Positions 46,930-57,707 of a DNA stretch of 64,000 nt are shown here, piece after piece (position 1 is the stretch's first letter; each line of letters begins with the position of its first letter). The notes under the pieces are model-generated. The model was given only the letters and a program-made list of their open reading frames with translations. It was not told the origin of the DNA and did no database searches. A program made the translations under genes and the position numbers. Source of the DNA: Somniosus microcephalus (taxonomy: Eukaryota); the NCBI GenBank assembly GCA_052327205.1, contig CM126205.1, positions 250,170,001 through 250,234,000 on the forward strand. Reading direction: 5' to 3'.

Positions 46930-49900
46930 GCCCCCCCAGAATCCACTTTAACAGACATTGTCAACCGAGTAGGAGGCTTAATGATCCTGGTCGAGCGGCG
47001 GCGAAACTCAGGCAGCGGAAACGGGGCGTTATTCGAAGTACCAGTGCCGGATTGAGACAGAAGCGGCGTCTTGGGCGAGGCAGAAACGGTGGTCAGAGGT
47101 GCAGGTGCGACGGAGGACGAATCGGGCTGTTCGACGGTGGGTTGATGCACAGCTGGTCTGGTGGCTAACGGCGGTCGGCCACGGCGAGGCGGTTGGGCAG
47201 CCACGACAGGCTCAGTCCGATCCAGGTGGGCTGGTTTGAGCCGGTCGACCGAAACAGTATCAGACTTTCCACCGACTTCGACTGTGAAGAACTTTTCCCC
47301 TGATGAGATGACACGAAAGGGTCCGGTATACGGCGGCTTGAGTGGGTCTCTGTGACCGTCTTGCCAAATAAAGACATAGTCCGAATTCATGAGCTCTGTT
47401 GGAACGTGAGGCCTCTGCAGGTCGTGCTGCGAGGTTGGGATGGGCCGGAAATTCCTAGCCGCCTCCTGATGCAGTAGGAGCTGTTGAGCTGCAGACCATG
47501 GTTCGGTGTGTGGCGGTAGTAAGTCACCTGGCACTCCGAGTGTCTGGCCATAAACCAGCTCAGCCGATGAAGACTGAAGATCCTCCTTTGGTGCTGTCCG
47601 GAGGCCTAGCATCACCCATGGGAGCCTATCCACCCAGTTGGGTCCTCGCAGGCTGGCACGGAGGGATGCTTTGAGGGACCGATGAAACCTTTCGCACAGG
47701 CCATTCGCCTGCGGATGGTACGGTGCAGCTTGGTACCCAGGCCTTGTGCCACTGCGTTCCACAGCTCTGAGGTGAATTGCGGACCGCGGAGATGTCCGAT
47801 GGCACCCCGAAACGAGCTACCCACGACGAAAGGAATGCCCTGGCTACGTCTGCTGCGGTGGTGGCGGCCAACGGAATCGCCTCTGGCCACCTGGTGGTCC
47901 GGTCTACGACTGTCAGGAGGTGTGTGAATCCACGTGACCCGGGAAGGGGGCCTACTAAATCCACGTGAACATGGTCGAAACGGCGCTCAGACACCAGGAA
48001 GTTTGCCAGCGGGGCCTTGACGTGACGGTGAACTTTGGACTTTTGGCAATCGACGCAATTGTTTGTCCAGTCCCGGACGTCCAGATGCATGCCTTTCCAA
48101 ACGAATTTGCGGGACATTAGCCATTGAGAAGCCCGCATTCCCGGGTGAGATAACCCGTGGATTGCCTGGAATACCTTCTTGCGCCATTCGACCGGCACGA
48201 TGGGCCGGGGCACTCCCATGGATGTGTCGCACAGGAGTGTGGTTCCTGCTTCTTGAAACGGCACGTCTGCAACCTGCCAACTGGAAGGCGTGGTCCTAAA
48301 CGCTTGTACTTCTGGGTCTGCCAGTTGATCCCCTGCCAGTCCGACGAAATCGATGCCCAGGTGGACTGCCTGGACTGGGACTCGGGAAAGGCAATCTGCC
48401 ACGAGATTATCCTTGCCCGACACGTGCCGCAAATCCGTCGTGAATTCGGATATAAATGTGAGGTGGCGCTGCTGCCGAGCTGACCAAGGCTCCGCCGCTT
48501 TGGCCATAGCGAAGGTGAGCGGCTTGTGGTCCACGAAGGCAGTGAACGGGCGGCCTTCTAGGAGGAAACGGAAATGCCTGATGGCCAAAAACAGGGCTAG
48601 CAGCTCTCTGTCAAAAGTGCTATACTTTCGCTCGTTCTTGCGCAGTTGGCGGCTGAAAAAGGCTAACGGCTGCCAACCCCCGTCGACCCATTGCTCTTGA
48701 ACTGCTCCGATGGCGTAGTCGGAGGCATCCGTAGTGAGGGCGACAGTCGCGCCCGGACGTGGGTGTGCCAGCATAGATGCGTCTGCCAACGCTGCCTTGG
48801 TATCGCGGAACGACTGGTCCATTTGCAGTGTCCAAGTGAGAGCATCCTTGCCCGACTTTCCCTTTAGTGCTTCGTACAGCGGTTGCATCAACCGGGCCGC
48901 TTTGGGGACGAAACGATGATAAAAATTTACCATCCCCAAGAACCCTTGCAGGGATTTGACCGTGCGAGGCTGCGGGAATGCGGTAAATGCCTCTACCTTG
49001 GTGGCTAGTGGGACGGCGCCTTCTGGGGTAATCCTGTGTCCCAGGAAATCAATGCAGGATACTCTGAACGTGCATTTGGCCGGATTGACAATAAGGCCGT
49101 GTTGGCTGAGTCGGGCGAAAAGTGTACGTAAGTGGGCCATGTGAGCTGTCGAATCCTTACTGGCTATGAGGATGTCGTCCAAGTAGAAAAAATAAAGGGC
49201 AGGTCCCGTAATACAGAGTCCATCAAACGCTGGAATGCTTGAGCAGCATTTTTCAGACCGAATGGCATGTGGAGGAACTCAAAAAGGCCGAACGGAGTGA
49301 TGACTGCCGTTTTGGGGACGTCTGGAGGGTGCACCGGAACTTGGTGATATCCACGAACGAGAGCCACTTTAGAAAATATAGCGTTTCCAGCCAGATGAGC
49401 CGAAAAATCTTGGATGTGGGGAATTGGGTACCTGTCCGGTGTCGTGGCATCGTTTAAGCGTCTGTAATCCCCGCAAGGTTGCCATCCGCCGCCTGGTTTG
49501 GGGACTATGTGCAGTGGGGAAGCCCAAGGGCTGTCCGAACGCCGGATGATCCCGAGGCGCTCCATGGTCTGGAACTCAGCCTTTGCGGCTGCCAGCTTGC
49601 CGGCTTCTAATCGCCGCGCCCGAGCGTAAACTGGTGCTCCGGTCGTGGAGATATGGTGCTCCACCCCGTGCCGTGTGCTTGAAGCCGAAGAAGTGGGCCT
49701 GGTGAGCTCCGGGAATTCGCCGAGCAGGCGCGTAAAGCCGTCTTGCGACGGGACCGCGCAGGCCACCGACCAGGGCACGGCGGTGCTGCGGTGGCAGGGT
49801 ACTGCGTGGAATGTGGACGCATTAATGAGTCGGCAGTGTTGGACGTCGACCAGCAGACCATTGGCGCAGAAAAAATCGGCCCCCAGGATGGCCTGTGAGA

Positions 49901-50160
49901 CCTTGGCTGTAATAAAGTCGCAGACAAAACGTTGACCGGTGAAGGTTAAGTTTACCGTCCGTTTCCCGAACGTACGCATGGCCGCGCCATTTACTGCCAC
50001 GAGGGAAGGCCCTTGGCTGCCGGATAGTAGGTCCAGCTTTGAAGCTGGGAGGATGCTGCACTGTGAGCCAGTGTTGCACAGGAACCGGCAGCCCGTAACG
50101 GAATCCGTAACATAAATGAGTTTGCCCGCTGAGCCCGCCGCCATGGCTAACTTGCTGTGC
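46930..50160 (-). pseudogene. pol: Gypsy A pol (PR, RT, RNase H, IN), frameshifted
   Basis: Protease CNTGS (D to N), [15 protein letters not shown] at a frameshift near 49182, TDASD, integrase HGLSH..C..C, DLVGPL, HPQANGLCER and YTGPF. Confidence 0.92.
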
Positions 50161-50163
50161 TTT

Positions 50164-50841
50164 TTAGACCTTGTCATCCGTCCGGGAGGACGCAGGCTTG
50201 TTGGAGTTTTTTGTTTTGTTTTCTTGAGGGAAACTGCAAGGAGGCCGGCAGCATTGAGCTTTGGCGCCAAAACGGGCGTGGTACGCGCACCATCCTGCTG
50301 GGAGCGGGCTGGCTTTCTCTCGCGTGGGGGAAAAGCGCCTCGCGGCTGCACAACATTGCTGAGTAACAGTAAATATCTTGTCTGCCTCTGCAGCGAGTTC
50401 AGCACCGTCTGTGATGGCTGTGTTGGCCAATGCCACCTGAACCGGTTCGGGTAGCTGGCAGAGGAAAAGCTCACGGAATAAAAAGCATTGGGGTTCCGCA
50501 CCCAACGGCGTGAGCATTTGACTCATCGGCTCTGACGGTTTTGAGTCCCCGAGGCCGGGCATGGAAATAAGCTTGCGTGCCCGCTCCGACTTATTAAGAT
50601 CAAATACCTGTAGCAAACGGGCTTTAAGCGCTTCGTACTTGCCCTCCTCCGGTGGGCTTCCAAGGATGCTGACGACCCGCGAGGCCGTGGCACTGTCGAG
50701 AGCGGCAACCACGTAATAATAACGGGTCGCATCCATTGTGACCTCCCGGAGAGCGAACTGTGCTTCTGCCTGGAAAAACCATGCTGCTGGCTGCTGTTCC
50801 CAGAACTGCGGCAGTTTAAGGGCGATGGCGTTCGTGTTCAT
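50164..50841 (-). CDS. gag: Gypsy A gag (CHCC-type zinc motif)
   Basis: N-terminus KLPQFW..WF.QAEAQF and motif CAYHARFGAKAQCCRPPC. Confidence 0.85.
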   Translation of the reverse strand: MNTNAIALKLPQFWEQQPAAWFFQAEAQFALREVTMDATRYYYVVAALDSATASRVVSILGSPPEEGKYEALKARLLQVFDLNKSERARKLISMPGLGDSKPSEPMSQMLTPLGAEPQCFLFRELFLCQLPEPVQVALANTAITDGAELAAEADKIFTVTQQCCAAARRFSPTREKASPLPAGWCAYHARFGAKAQCCRPPCSFPQENKTKNSNKPASSRTDDKV

Positions 50842-50879
50842 CCTCGACGAAAGTTGTCCGACGAGATCGGGGTCACCAA

Positions 50880-51236
50880 TGTAGGAACGGAGGTTCCTAG
50901 CTGAATAAAGTATTCGACTCGATGAATCAAATCAACAGGTTTTAATGAACAACGAAGTTAGCAGGGAAACTACAGGAGAAACGGTATACAGGTCTATACA
51001 GCTTGCTGGGCACTCGACGACTACTGGAAGATTCTGGAAGCTGACGTCATGACATCATCACGTTCTTCGCGCCACTGGTGGTCACGTGAGCAGCGTCATG
51101 ACGTCATCATGTGGAGTGCAGGAAAACACCATACAGTAGTTAACAGGCAGTTTAAAGGTGCAGTCCGCGGTTGTACTATACTGTAGTTAAAGGGGTTATT
51201 AATAATTGTTCTGAGACCCTTGGTGGCTCTGCCACA
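50880..51236 (-). repeat. 5' LTR of Gypsy A (357 bp)
   Basis: Directly followed on the minus strand by the PBS and the gag ATG. Confidence 0.97.
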
Positions 51237-51417
51237 ATTGAATCTTTTTCATGTTACAAGTTGATGCCGTTGTCTACACAATACTTACGTTAAAAAATAG
51301 CCATGGGGTAGTAGATCTTTGCTCCTATGCGTGAGCACACATGTGCAAGCTCTCACCTGGTGGACAATGTGAATCCCAGCCAAAGGCAGTCCAAAGTCTA
51401 ACTCCTGACTTTTCCCC

Positions 51418-51457
51418 ATTCTCTGATGAAAAGTCATTGACCTGAAACGTTAACTCT
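51418..51457 (+). ncRNA. Minimal type I hammerhead ribozyme motif (probably degenerate)
   Basis: CUGAUGA (51423-51429), stem II aagtca/tgacct with one mismatch, GAAA (51444-51447), palindromic ACGU stem III and UU. Stem I pairing is poor in this copy. Confidence 0.55.
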
Positions 51458-51481
51458 GTTTCTCTCTACACAGATGCTGCC

Positions 51482-51815
51482 CGGTGCAGAGGGGAGCAGG
51501 CAGATCGGCGGACCTCCTTGTAGGACTGCTTCTGGGCCTGGCCAAAGTGGCCATCAACTGGTGCAGGCAGCAGGCGGTCGAGGGGGTTGTTCGGCCCGAC
51601 TGCTTGCCTCTCTTCTGCGGTCACGTTCGCGCCCGGGTGGCCCTGGAGATGGAGCATGCGGTGTCCACCAGCACGCTCGAGGCCTCCGCGGCCGGTGGGC
51701 ACCCCAGGGACTGGAGTGCATTATCCCCACCAGGAACCATATTTTAATTTATTAAGTTTCCTTTAATGTTTTAAGTTTAGTTACAGTTTATTTGGTTATG
51801 TGTGCATCAAAAGAG
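51482..51815 (+). mobile_element. Tx1-type L1 3' fragment
   Basis: Reads DLLVGLLLGLAKVAIN..CLPLF.GHVRARVALEMEH..RWAPQGLEC (Tx1-like ORF2 C-terminus), then a T-rich UTR ending caaaagag. 15-bp TSD tacacagatgYtgcc. Confidence 0.75.
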
Positions 51816-52089
51816 TACACAGATGTTGCCTAACCTGCTGACTGTTTTCCAGTATTTCCTGTTTTTATTTATGATTTCTAGCATCCGCAGTGTTTTTGCT
51901 TTAACTCCTGAGTTGCCTCAGGCTGGTGGTGTAGTTTAATAACAGTTCAACGTCTCTTTCAAGTTAACTCACCTGCTCAGTCTTTTTTTGGAGGGGGAGG
52001 GGGGGGGAATATGGTTTAAATCTTGATTATCTCCATTTTGGGCTCAGTGGTAGCATTCTGAGTCAACAGATTATTACAGCAACTGAAGC

Positions 52090-52655
52090 TGTGGGGTGGT
52101 GTGGTGTGGGCCAACCACCGCCATCTTGGCGTAACTCCAGCGGGAGTTTCGCCCCGGGGATTGGCGTAAGCGGCGGTTGGACGCACGGGAGCCTGGCCTA
52201 TCGCGGGCGAGGTGGGTCGAGCGGCCTGAAGGTGCTGGTTTGCATGCCCCGGGAGCGGGAACGGGAACCACCAGGGAAACAGCCGAGAGAAAATAAATGA
52301 GAAGGGAATAAAACGTGAATGTGCGCCGGGTGGGTGGGGAAGAGAGTGATCGAAAAGTAAATGTTGAAGATAAATATAAACTAGAGGGAGGGGAAGACAG
52401 TGGCTTCTATGGACGATAAATTAAAAAGTTAAAACTTAACAGAATTGCTGAACTTACCGGAAGGTTCACCTCGCACCGAATATGGCACAGGCTCGGAGAT
52501 GAGCTCCACGGGGCCGCTCAGTGGTCAGACCCAGTAACTGCATGCAGACGACTTGCACAGAATCAGACACACGACAGGACAGGACCACCCCACTTCCCTA
52601 TCAGACAGCTCTCCTAACCTGGGCACCAGAGGCGAGCGCAGAGGACTTTGTAGGA
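52090..52655. promoter_or_regulatory. CpG-island promoter with a candidate minus-strand first exon (~52458-52650)
   Basis: CpG-rich unique sequence with YY1 motif CCGCCATCTTG (52118-52128), consensus donor CCG|gtaagt (acttac at 52452-52457) and an overlapping ETS-like ccggaag. Confidence 0.6.
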
Positions 52656-52795
52656 TCATAAGAAACAGGAAGCAGGAGTAAGCCATACGGCCCCATGAGC
52701 TTGCTCTGCCATTCAATAAGATCATGGCTGATCTTCTACCGCAACTCCACTTTCCGGCACTATCCCCATATTCCTTTATTCCCTTAGTGTCCAAA
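52656..52795 (-). mobile_element. CR1 3' tail fragment
   Basis: Matches 30547-30690. Confidence 0.85.
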
Positions 52796-52939
52796 TCGAC
52801 TGGGCTGCGATTTCATTAATCTAACCTTGGGTTGCAGTGTAAAAGCTTGTTTATGTTTTTGCAAACTGATAATTGTTTTGAAATCTTTACTATAAACAAT
52901 TCAGTCACAAGTTTCCGATCATCCTATTTCCCCCCTGAG

Positions 52940-53502
52940 CTAGAAGTTGGATTTGTGGCCAATTTGGACTGCAAATCAGTGTAGTGAACTCTCAGCGTGC
53001 TGTCGCATGCCAAATTCAGCACCAAGGTCTCATCTACATTTAACTAGCGAACTGAGGACAACAATCTGGCGTCCTGATGCAGCTTGCCAGTTTGGAGTTC
53101 ACCTATTTGGGATGACTGTGACACTGTCTGCAGTCCTGGGGAGGGAGGTGAAGGGGAGGAGGGCAAGTGCAGGCCAACAGTGACTCGCAGTAGTCCTGTG
53201 GAGCCAGGAGGAGCACTCCTTTTCCTGGCTACACATTCAGGTAAGAAAAAGAAAAATTTACATCTTCAATGGCCTCCAGCAGTCTCTTTAAGGACCACTG
53301 GTTAGGCTGCCATAGGCACAGTAAAATCGAGCACTGCATATGTGACACATGCTCCGCTCAGTTTTTGCCCAATGTGGCATCAGGGTCCTGAAGCAGGTGT
53401 TAGTTGCTGATTACCATAATCAGGGGGCCGAACACCTGTTTTAAGTGGTTGGCTGGCACTCGGAAGTCACTGGCTGCCAATTTGCCCAAAATTAGCCCCC
53501 CA
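52940..53502. mobile_element. Probable decayed Harbinger-type MITE
   Basis: Right end caaaattagcccc, and an internal ctgtggagccaggaggagcactcct block similar to 44490-44520 reversed. Confidence 0.4.
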
Positions 53503-54613
53503 ACCCTAATTTCATGCCCAGAAATCAGGTGTAGCACTTGTCAATTTCTACTCCTCTGTCTGTATTTCTCTGAGGTCATCTTCTGAAGTTAAAAGAAATG
53601 CACTTAATTATAATTGGCTGTTGAACCACCTCAAACAACTTCTAAAATTCATCTTCCAATGTTTTAAAATAATATGGAAAAACATTGTATTGTACCCTAT
53701 GCAAAAACATGTCAAGTTTTACACTGCAAAAAATAAGAGATTTTATGTAAATAATTATTGTTTTGGAATTCAAATATAATCATACTAACTTCTATTTTTC
53801 TCTCGCACACACATAGACAGCCTCCCTGTTTAGTGAATATTCGTTTTGTGAAAGCTATAGCTGGAAAAAAGCTTTCAAAATGTACTCTTCAGTTTTCATT
53901 GAATCATTTGGAAAATGAATGGATACATATATTTATACATCCTGAGCAAAAAGATCCAAGGTACTGAGAGAAGCCTACTGATGTATTGTGGGAAATTGTA
54001 CTCACTGTACATGCTGAGACTGGCATCCTCAGAACTACAGACATCGGTGTACTTGGTAACTCTGGTTAAAGGTGCTATATAAGTACAAGTTATTGTTGTT
54101 GAAACAACTCAGAGGAACTTTTCAAGTCCAAGCCCAGGGTTTTGAGACAGTTTTGGACCTCAACGTTAAAAACATTAATGAAGGTACTCAGACACAGAAA
54201 GAATTTTGTTCATTTTAATCATCTTAATGTGAAGTTTTAAATGTAATTATTAATGTTTTGATTATCTTCTAAACCTAATTTTAAGTTTGTAGTCAACCAG
54301 CTATGGGACAAAATGGTAGAGGAAAACTAAACCCAAAAAATCTTGAGTATTTGGATAGACTTGCTTGGTTCACCTTCTCCTTTCCAAGATATTTGCATAT
54401 CAGCAAAAATTACATTAACAAAGAACCAGTCCCTTACACCAGCAGCTAGCGGAGCAAGTTCCTCTCTTCATTAATTTTAACAAAAAGAGTCAGCATGAGT
54501 ACAAAACAGGGAAACGTATCTAGACACAAGTGAGTTAATTAATTGAAATGGGTGGAAATCAGATTTTCCTGAATCTTTCATTGCTCCAACATTACAACAG
54601 TGACTACGCTTCA

Positions 54614-57322
54614 TAATTGGGGATTGAAGGCCGATAAATCGCCAGTGCCTGATAATCTACATCCTAGGGTACGTAAGGAAGTGGCCCTGGATTCTATAGG
54701 CTCTGGAACAGTTCCCATGGATTGGAGGATAGCTAATGTAACCCCACTATTTAAAAAGGGTGGTAGAGAGTAAACGGGAAATTATAGACCGGTAAGCCTG
54801 ACATCAGTAGTGGGGAAAATGCTAGAGTCCATTATAAAAGATGTAATAGCAGAGCACTTGGAAAACAGTGACAGGATCGGACAAAGTCAACATGGATTTA
54901 CAAAAGGTAAATCATGCTTGACTAATCTACTGGAATTTTTTGAGGATGTAACTGGTAGAATAGATAAGGGAGAACCTGTGGATGTGGTGTATTTGGACTT
55001 TCAGAAGGCTTTCGATAAGGTCCCGCATAAGAGATTAGCGTGCAAAGTTAAAGCACATCGGATTGGGGGTAAGGTACTGTCTTGGATAGAGAACTGGTTG
55101 GCAGACAGGAAGCAAAGAGTTGGAATAAACAGGTATTTTTCCGAGTGGCAGGCAGTGACTAGTGGGGTACTGCAGGGATCGGTGCTAGGACCCCAGCTAT
55201 TCACAATATATATAAATGATCTAGACGAGGGAACTAGATGTAATATCTCCAAGTTTGCAGACGACACAAAGCTGGGTGTGTGTGTGTGCTGTGAGGAGGA
55301 TGCAGAGAAACTCCAGTATGATTTGGACAGGTTGGGTGATTGGGCAGAAGCATGGCAAATGCAGTATAATGTGGATAAATGCGAGGTTATCCACTTCGGT
55401 GGCAAAAACAGGAAGACAGATTATTATCTGAATGGCAATAGATTGGGAAAAGGGAAAGTGCAACGAGACCTGGATGTCTTGTGCACCAGTCGCTGAAGGT
55501 AAGCATGCAGGTGCAGCACACGGTTAAGAAGGCAAATGGCATGTTGGCCTTCATAGCGAGAGGATTCCAGTACAGGAGCAAGGATGTCTTGCTGCAGTTG
55601 TACAGGGCCTTGGTGAGACCACACCTTGAGTATTGTGTGCAGTTTTGGTCGCCTTATCTGAGGAAGGATGTTCTTGCCATGGAGAGAGTGCAGCGAAGAT
55701 TCACCAGACTGATACCTGGGATTGCAGGAATGACGTATGAGGAGAGATTGGGTCGATTAGGCTTATATTCGCTAGAGTTTAGAAGAATGAGAGAGGATCT
55801 CATTGAAACTTATAAAATTCTAACAGGACTAGACAAGCTAGATGCAGGAAGGATGTTCCTGATGGCGGGGGAGTCCAGAACCAGGGGTCACAGTCTAAGG
55901 ATAAGGGGTAAGCCATTTAGGACAGAGATGAGGAGGAATTACTTCACCCAGAGAGTGGTGAACCTGTGGAATTCTCTACCACAGAAGAAATAGGAAAAGA
56001 TTTAAGACTGTAGTGGGAGTTGTGTATAGGCTCCCTGGTATCGGCTGTGAAGTGTTGAATTGTATAACTGCAGAGATTAGACAAGCGTGTAGCAAAGGCA
56101 GTGTGGTTTTAATGGGAGATTTTAACTTTCATATAGATTGGGATAAGCAGACTTGCACCCGTCGAAGGTTGTGAATTTTGAGTGTGTCCGGGATAGTTTT
56201 CTACAACAATATGTCCTAGCGGCAACAAGGGGGCAAGCCATTTTAGATTTAATAATGAGCAATGAGCCAGATATAGTTAACAGCCTAACTGTGCGTGAAC
56301 ATTTATCCAATAGTGATCATAACATGATTGAATTCAATGCAGTGTTTGAAAGGGAGAAACGCGAAACAGTTACTAAGATTCTAGATTTGGGTAAGGCCGT
56401 TTTCAACGGGATGAGATGGAGACTATCCACAGTAAACTGGGCAAACCTGTTAATGGGTCGTCGTCATACATGTTTTCACACTGTTCCCTTTGGGGAACTG
56501 TATGAAGTGGTGGAAGGATTTCTGGTCGCGATTAACGCTCCTTCCGTGACCGTAACCATCTTCGTACCAGCCATTAGGGTGGTTAGTCCTATGGTGGGAG
56601 GGTTTTACGGGCTCCCACAACCCATATGAGAGGGGGGGCCACCCACACCCACGGACGCAAGTATCCCGCTGGATGTCAACCCAGAATTTAGAGCCGGAGC
56701 TCCGACTCCACTTGCCGGGACTATCTGGAGCGGGGTTCGAAACCCTACACCTTCTGGCCCAGCGGCGGGAATGCTACCGCTATGCCAAAGGCCCACTCCG
56801 TGTTAATGGGTAAAATGACAGAAGATCAGTGGGAGATGTTTAAAAAAGAATTTAACGTGATACAGAACCAGTTTATACTCCTGAGGGGCAAGAGCTCTAG
56901 TTACCAAAAAAACTAGAGGTAGGGGACAGCATAAGGGGGACTCCTGCTCCTATCTTCTATGTTTCTATTAAGAAGGAGTTAGATATATTTCTTAAGGCAA
57001 AAGGGATATGGGGAGAAGGCAGGGACAGGGTACTGAGTTTGGATGACCAGCCATGATCTCATTGAATGGCGGAGCAGGCTCGAGGGGCCGAATGGCCTAC
57101 TCCTGCGCCTATCTTCTATGTTTCTATGTTTCTAAGGCAGTTGAGGCCAATTCATTAAATATATTCAAGAAGAAGTTAGATATATTTCTTAAGGCTAAAG
57201 CGATCAAGGGATATGGGGAGAAAGCAGGAACAGGGTACTGAATTTGGATGATCAGCCATGATCTCATTAAATGGCGGAGCAGGCTCAAGGGGCCGAATGG
57301 CCTACTCCTGTTCTATGTTTCT
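54614..57322 (+). mobile_element. Composite CR1: RT part 54614-55988, foreign CR1 endonuclease fragment ~55990-56938, extra 3' tails 56940-57133, resumed 3' end 57134-57322
   Basis: The ORFs at 54810 and 55481 are the same subfamily as 5121-6571. The sequence ccacagaag resumes as aggcagttgaggcc, and the intervening piece has GDFN and SDHNMIEF motifs. Confidence 0.88.
56459..56800 (-). mobile_element. Young tRNA-derived SINE, 342 bp, family not recognised
   Basis: Exact 11-bp TSD tgttaatgggt (56448-56458 / 56801-56811), A box tggcatagcgg, B box ggtttcgaaccc, tail ..atgacgacg, and CpGs intact. Confidence 0.85.
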
Positions 57323-57492
57323 AAAAGTACTTCAATGGCTGTAAAGCACTTTGGGATGTCTGTTGGTTATGAAAGGTGCTACATAAATGCAAGTCTTTCT
57401 TTTCTCCAAGTTATCTGAAAGGATGGTAGCAGCTGTAACAGAACAAACTTTATTGTTACTATGCTATGGGTTTGGCAAATACTACATCCAGC

Positions 57493-57707
57493 TTAGCACC
57501 AGCTCTTAGATGGACTTTTGGATGACAAGCCTTTCAAATATTTGAAAAATGGAGCATTAACTGAATCGGTCCCCAAGTTAATGAGCTTGATTGGTCTTTT
57601 TCCAGGAGCCTCAGCGCCCATCTCCAATATCGGAAACAAACATTGCCAAATTCTACCATCTGTCCTTGATGGATGGCCTTGCAACATGGCAGCTTCCAGG
57701 TGTCCTA
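57493..57707 (-). CDS. Candidate terminal coding exon of an unidentified host gene (..GHLEAAMLQGH..SKSPSKSWC*)
   Basis: Acceptor tttttttcttacag|, ~70 open codons to TAA, and AATAAA on the minus strand about 40 nt downstream (57449-57454). Confidence 0.5.

Larger units (their letters stand above)
46572..51236 (-). mobile_element. Full-length Ty3/Gypsy LTR retrotransposon A (CsRn1/Kabuki-type)
   Basis: Paired TG..CA LTRs, TSD ATTG (46568-46571 / 51237-51240), PBS TGGTGACCCCGA (tRNA-Trp complement), a G-run PPT near 46931-46937, and gag-PR-RT-RH-IN order. Confidence 0.97.
51410..51902 (+). mobile_element. Penelope-like element terminal repeat, split by a Tx1 insertion (51410-51481 and 51816-51902)
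   Basis: ctgatgaaaagtcattgacctgaaacgttaactctgtttctctctacacagatgctgcc continues after the insert as taacctgctgactgttttccagtatttcctgtttttattt. Other fragments occur at 684, 8880 and 27708. The family assignment is from recalled consensus. Confidence 0.7.
54585..57402 (+). mobile_element. Deu-SINE 3' part (54585-54613 and 57323-57402) split by a composite CR1 insertion
   Basis: acattacaacagtgactacgcttca continues as aaaagtacttcaatggctgtaaagcac..ataaatgcaagtc. Confidence 0.8.

Noticed and set aside
50140-50200. Programmed gag/pol frameshift in Gypsy A
   Set aside because: Element B has the CHCC motif and protease in one frame, so a post-insertion indel is the simpler explanation. It cannot be settled without a consensus.
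52622-52640. CTCF-like motif gcaccagaggcgagc
   Set aside because: The core departs from the consensus spacing and cannot be supported without a matrix scan.
56153-56629. 158-aa ORF as a novel fusion protein
   Set aside because: It is a CR1 endonuclease fragment reading into the antisense strand of the inserted SINE.
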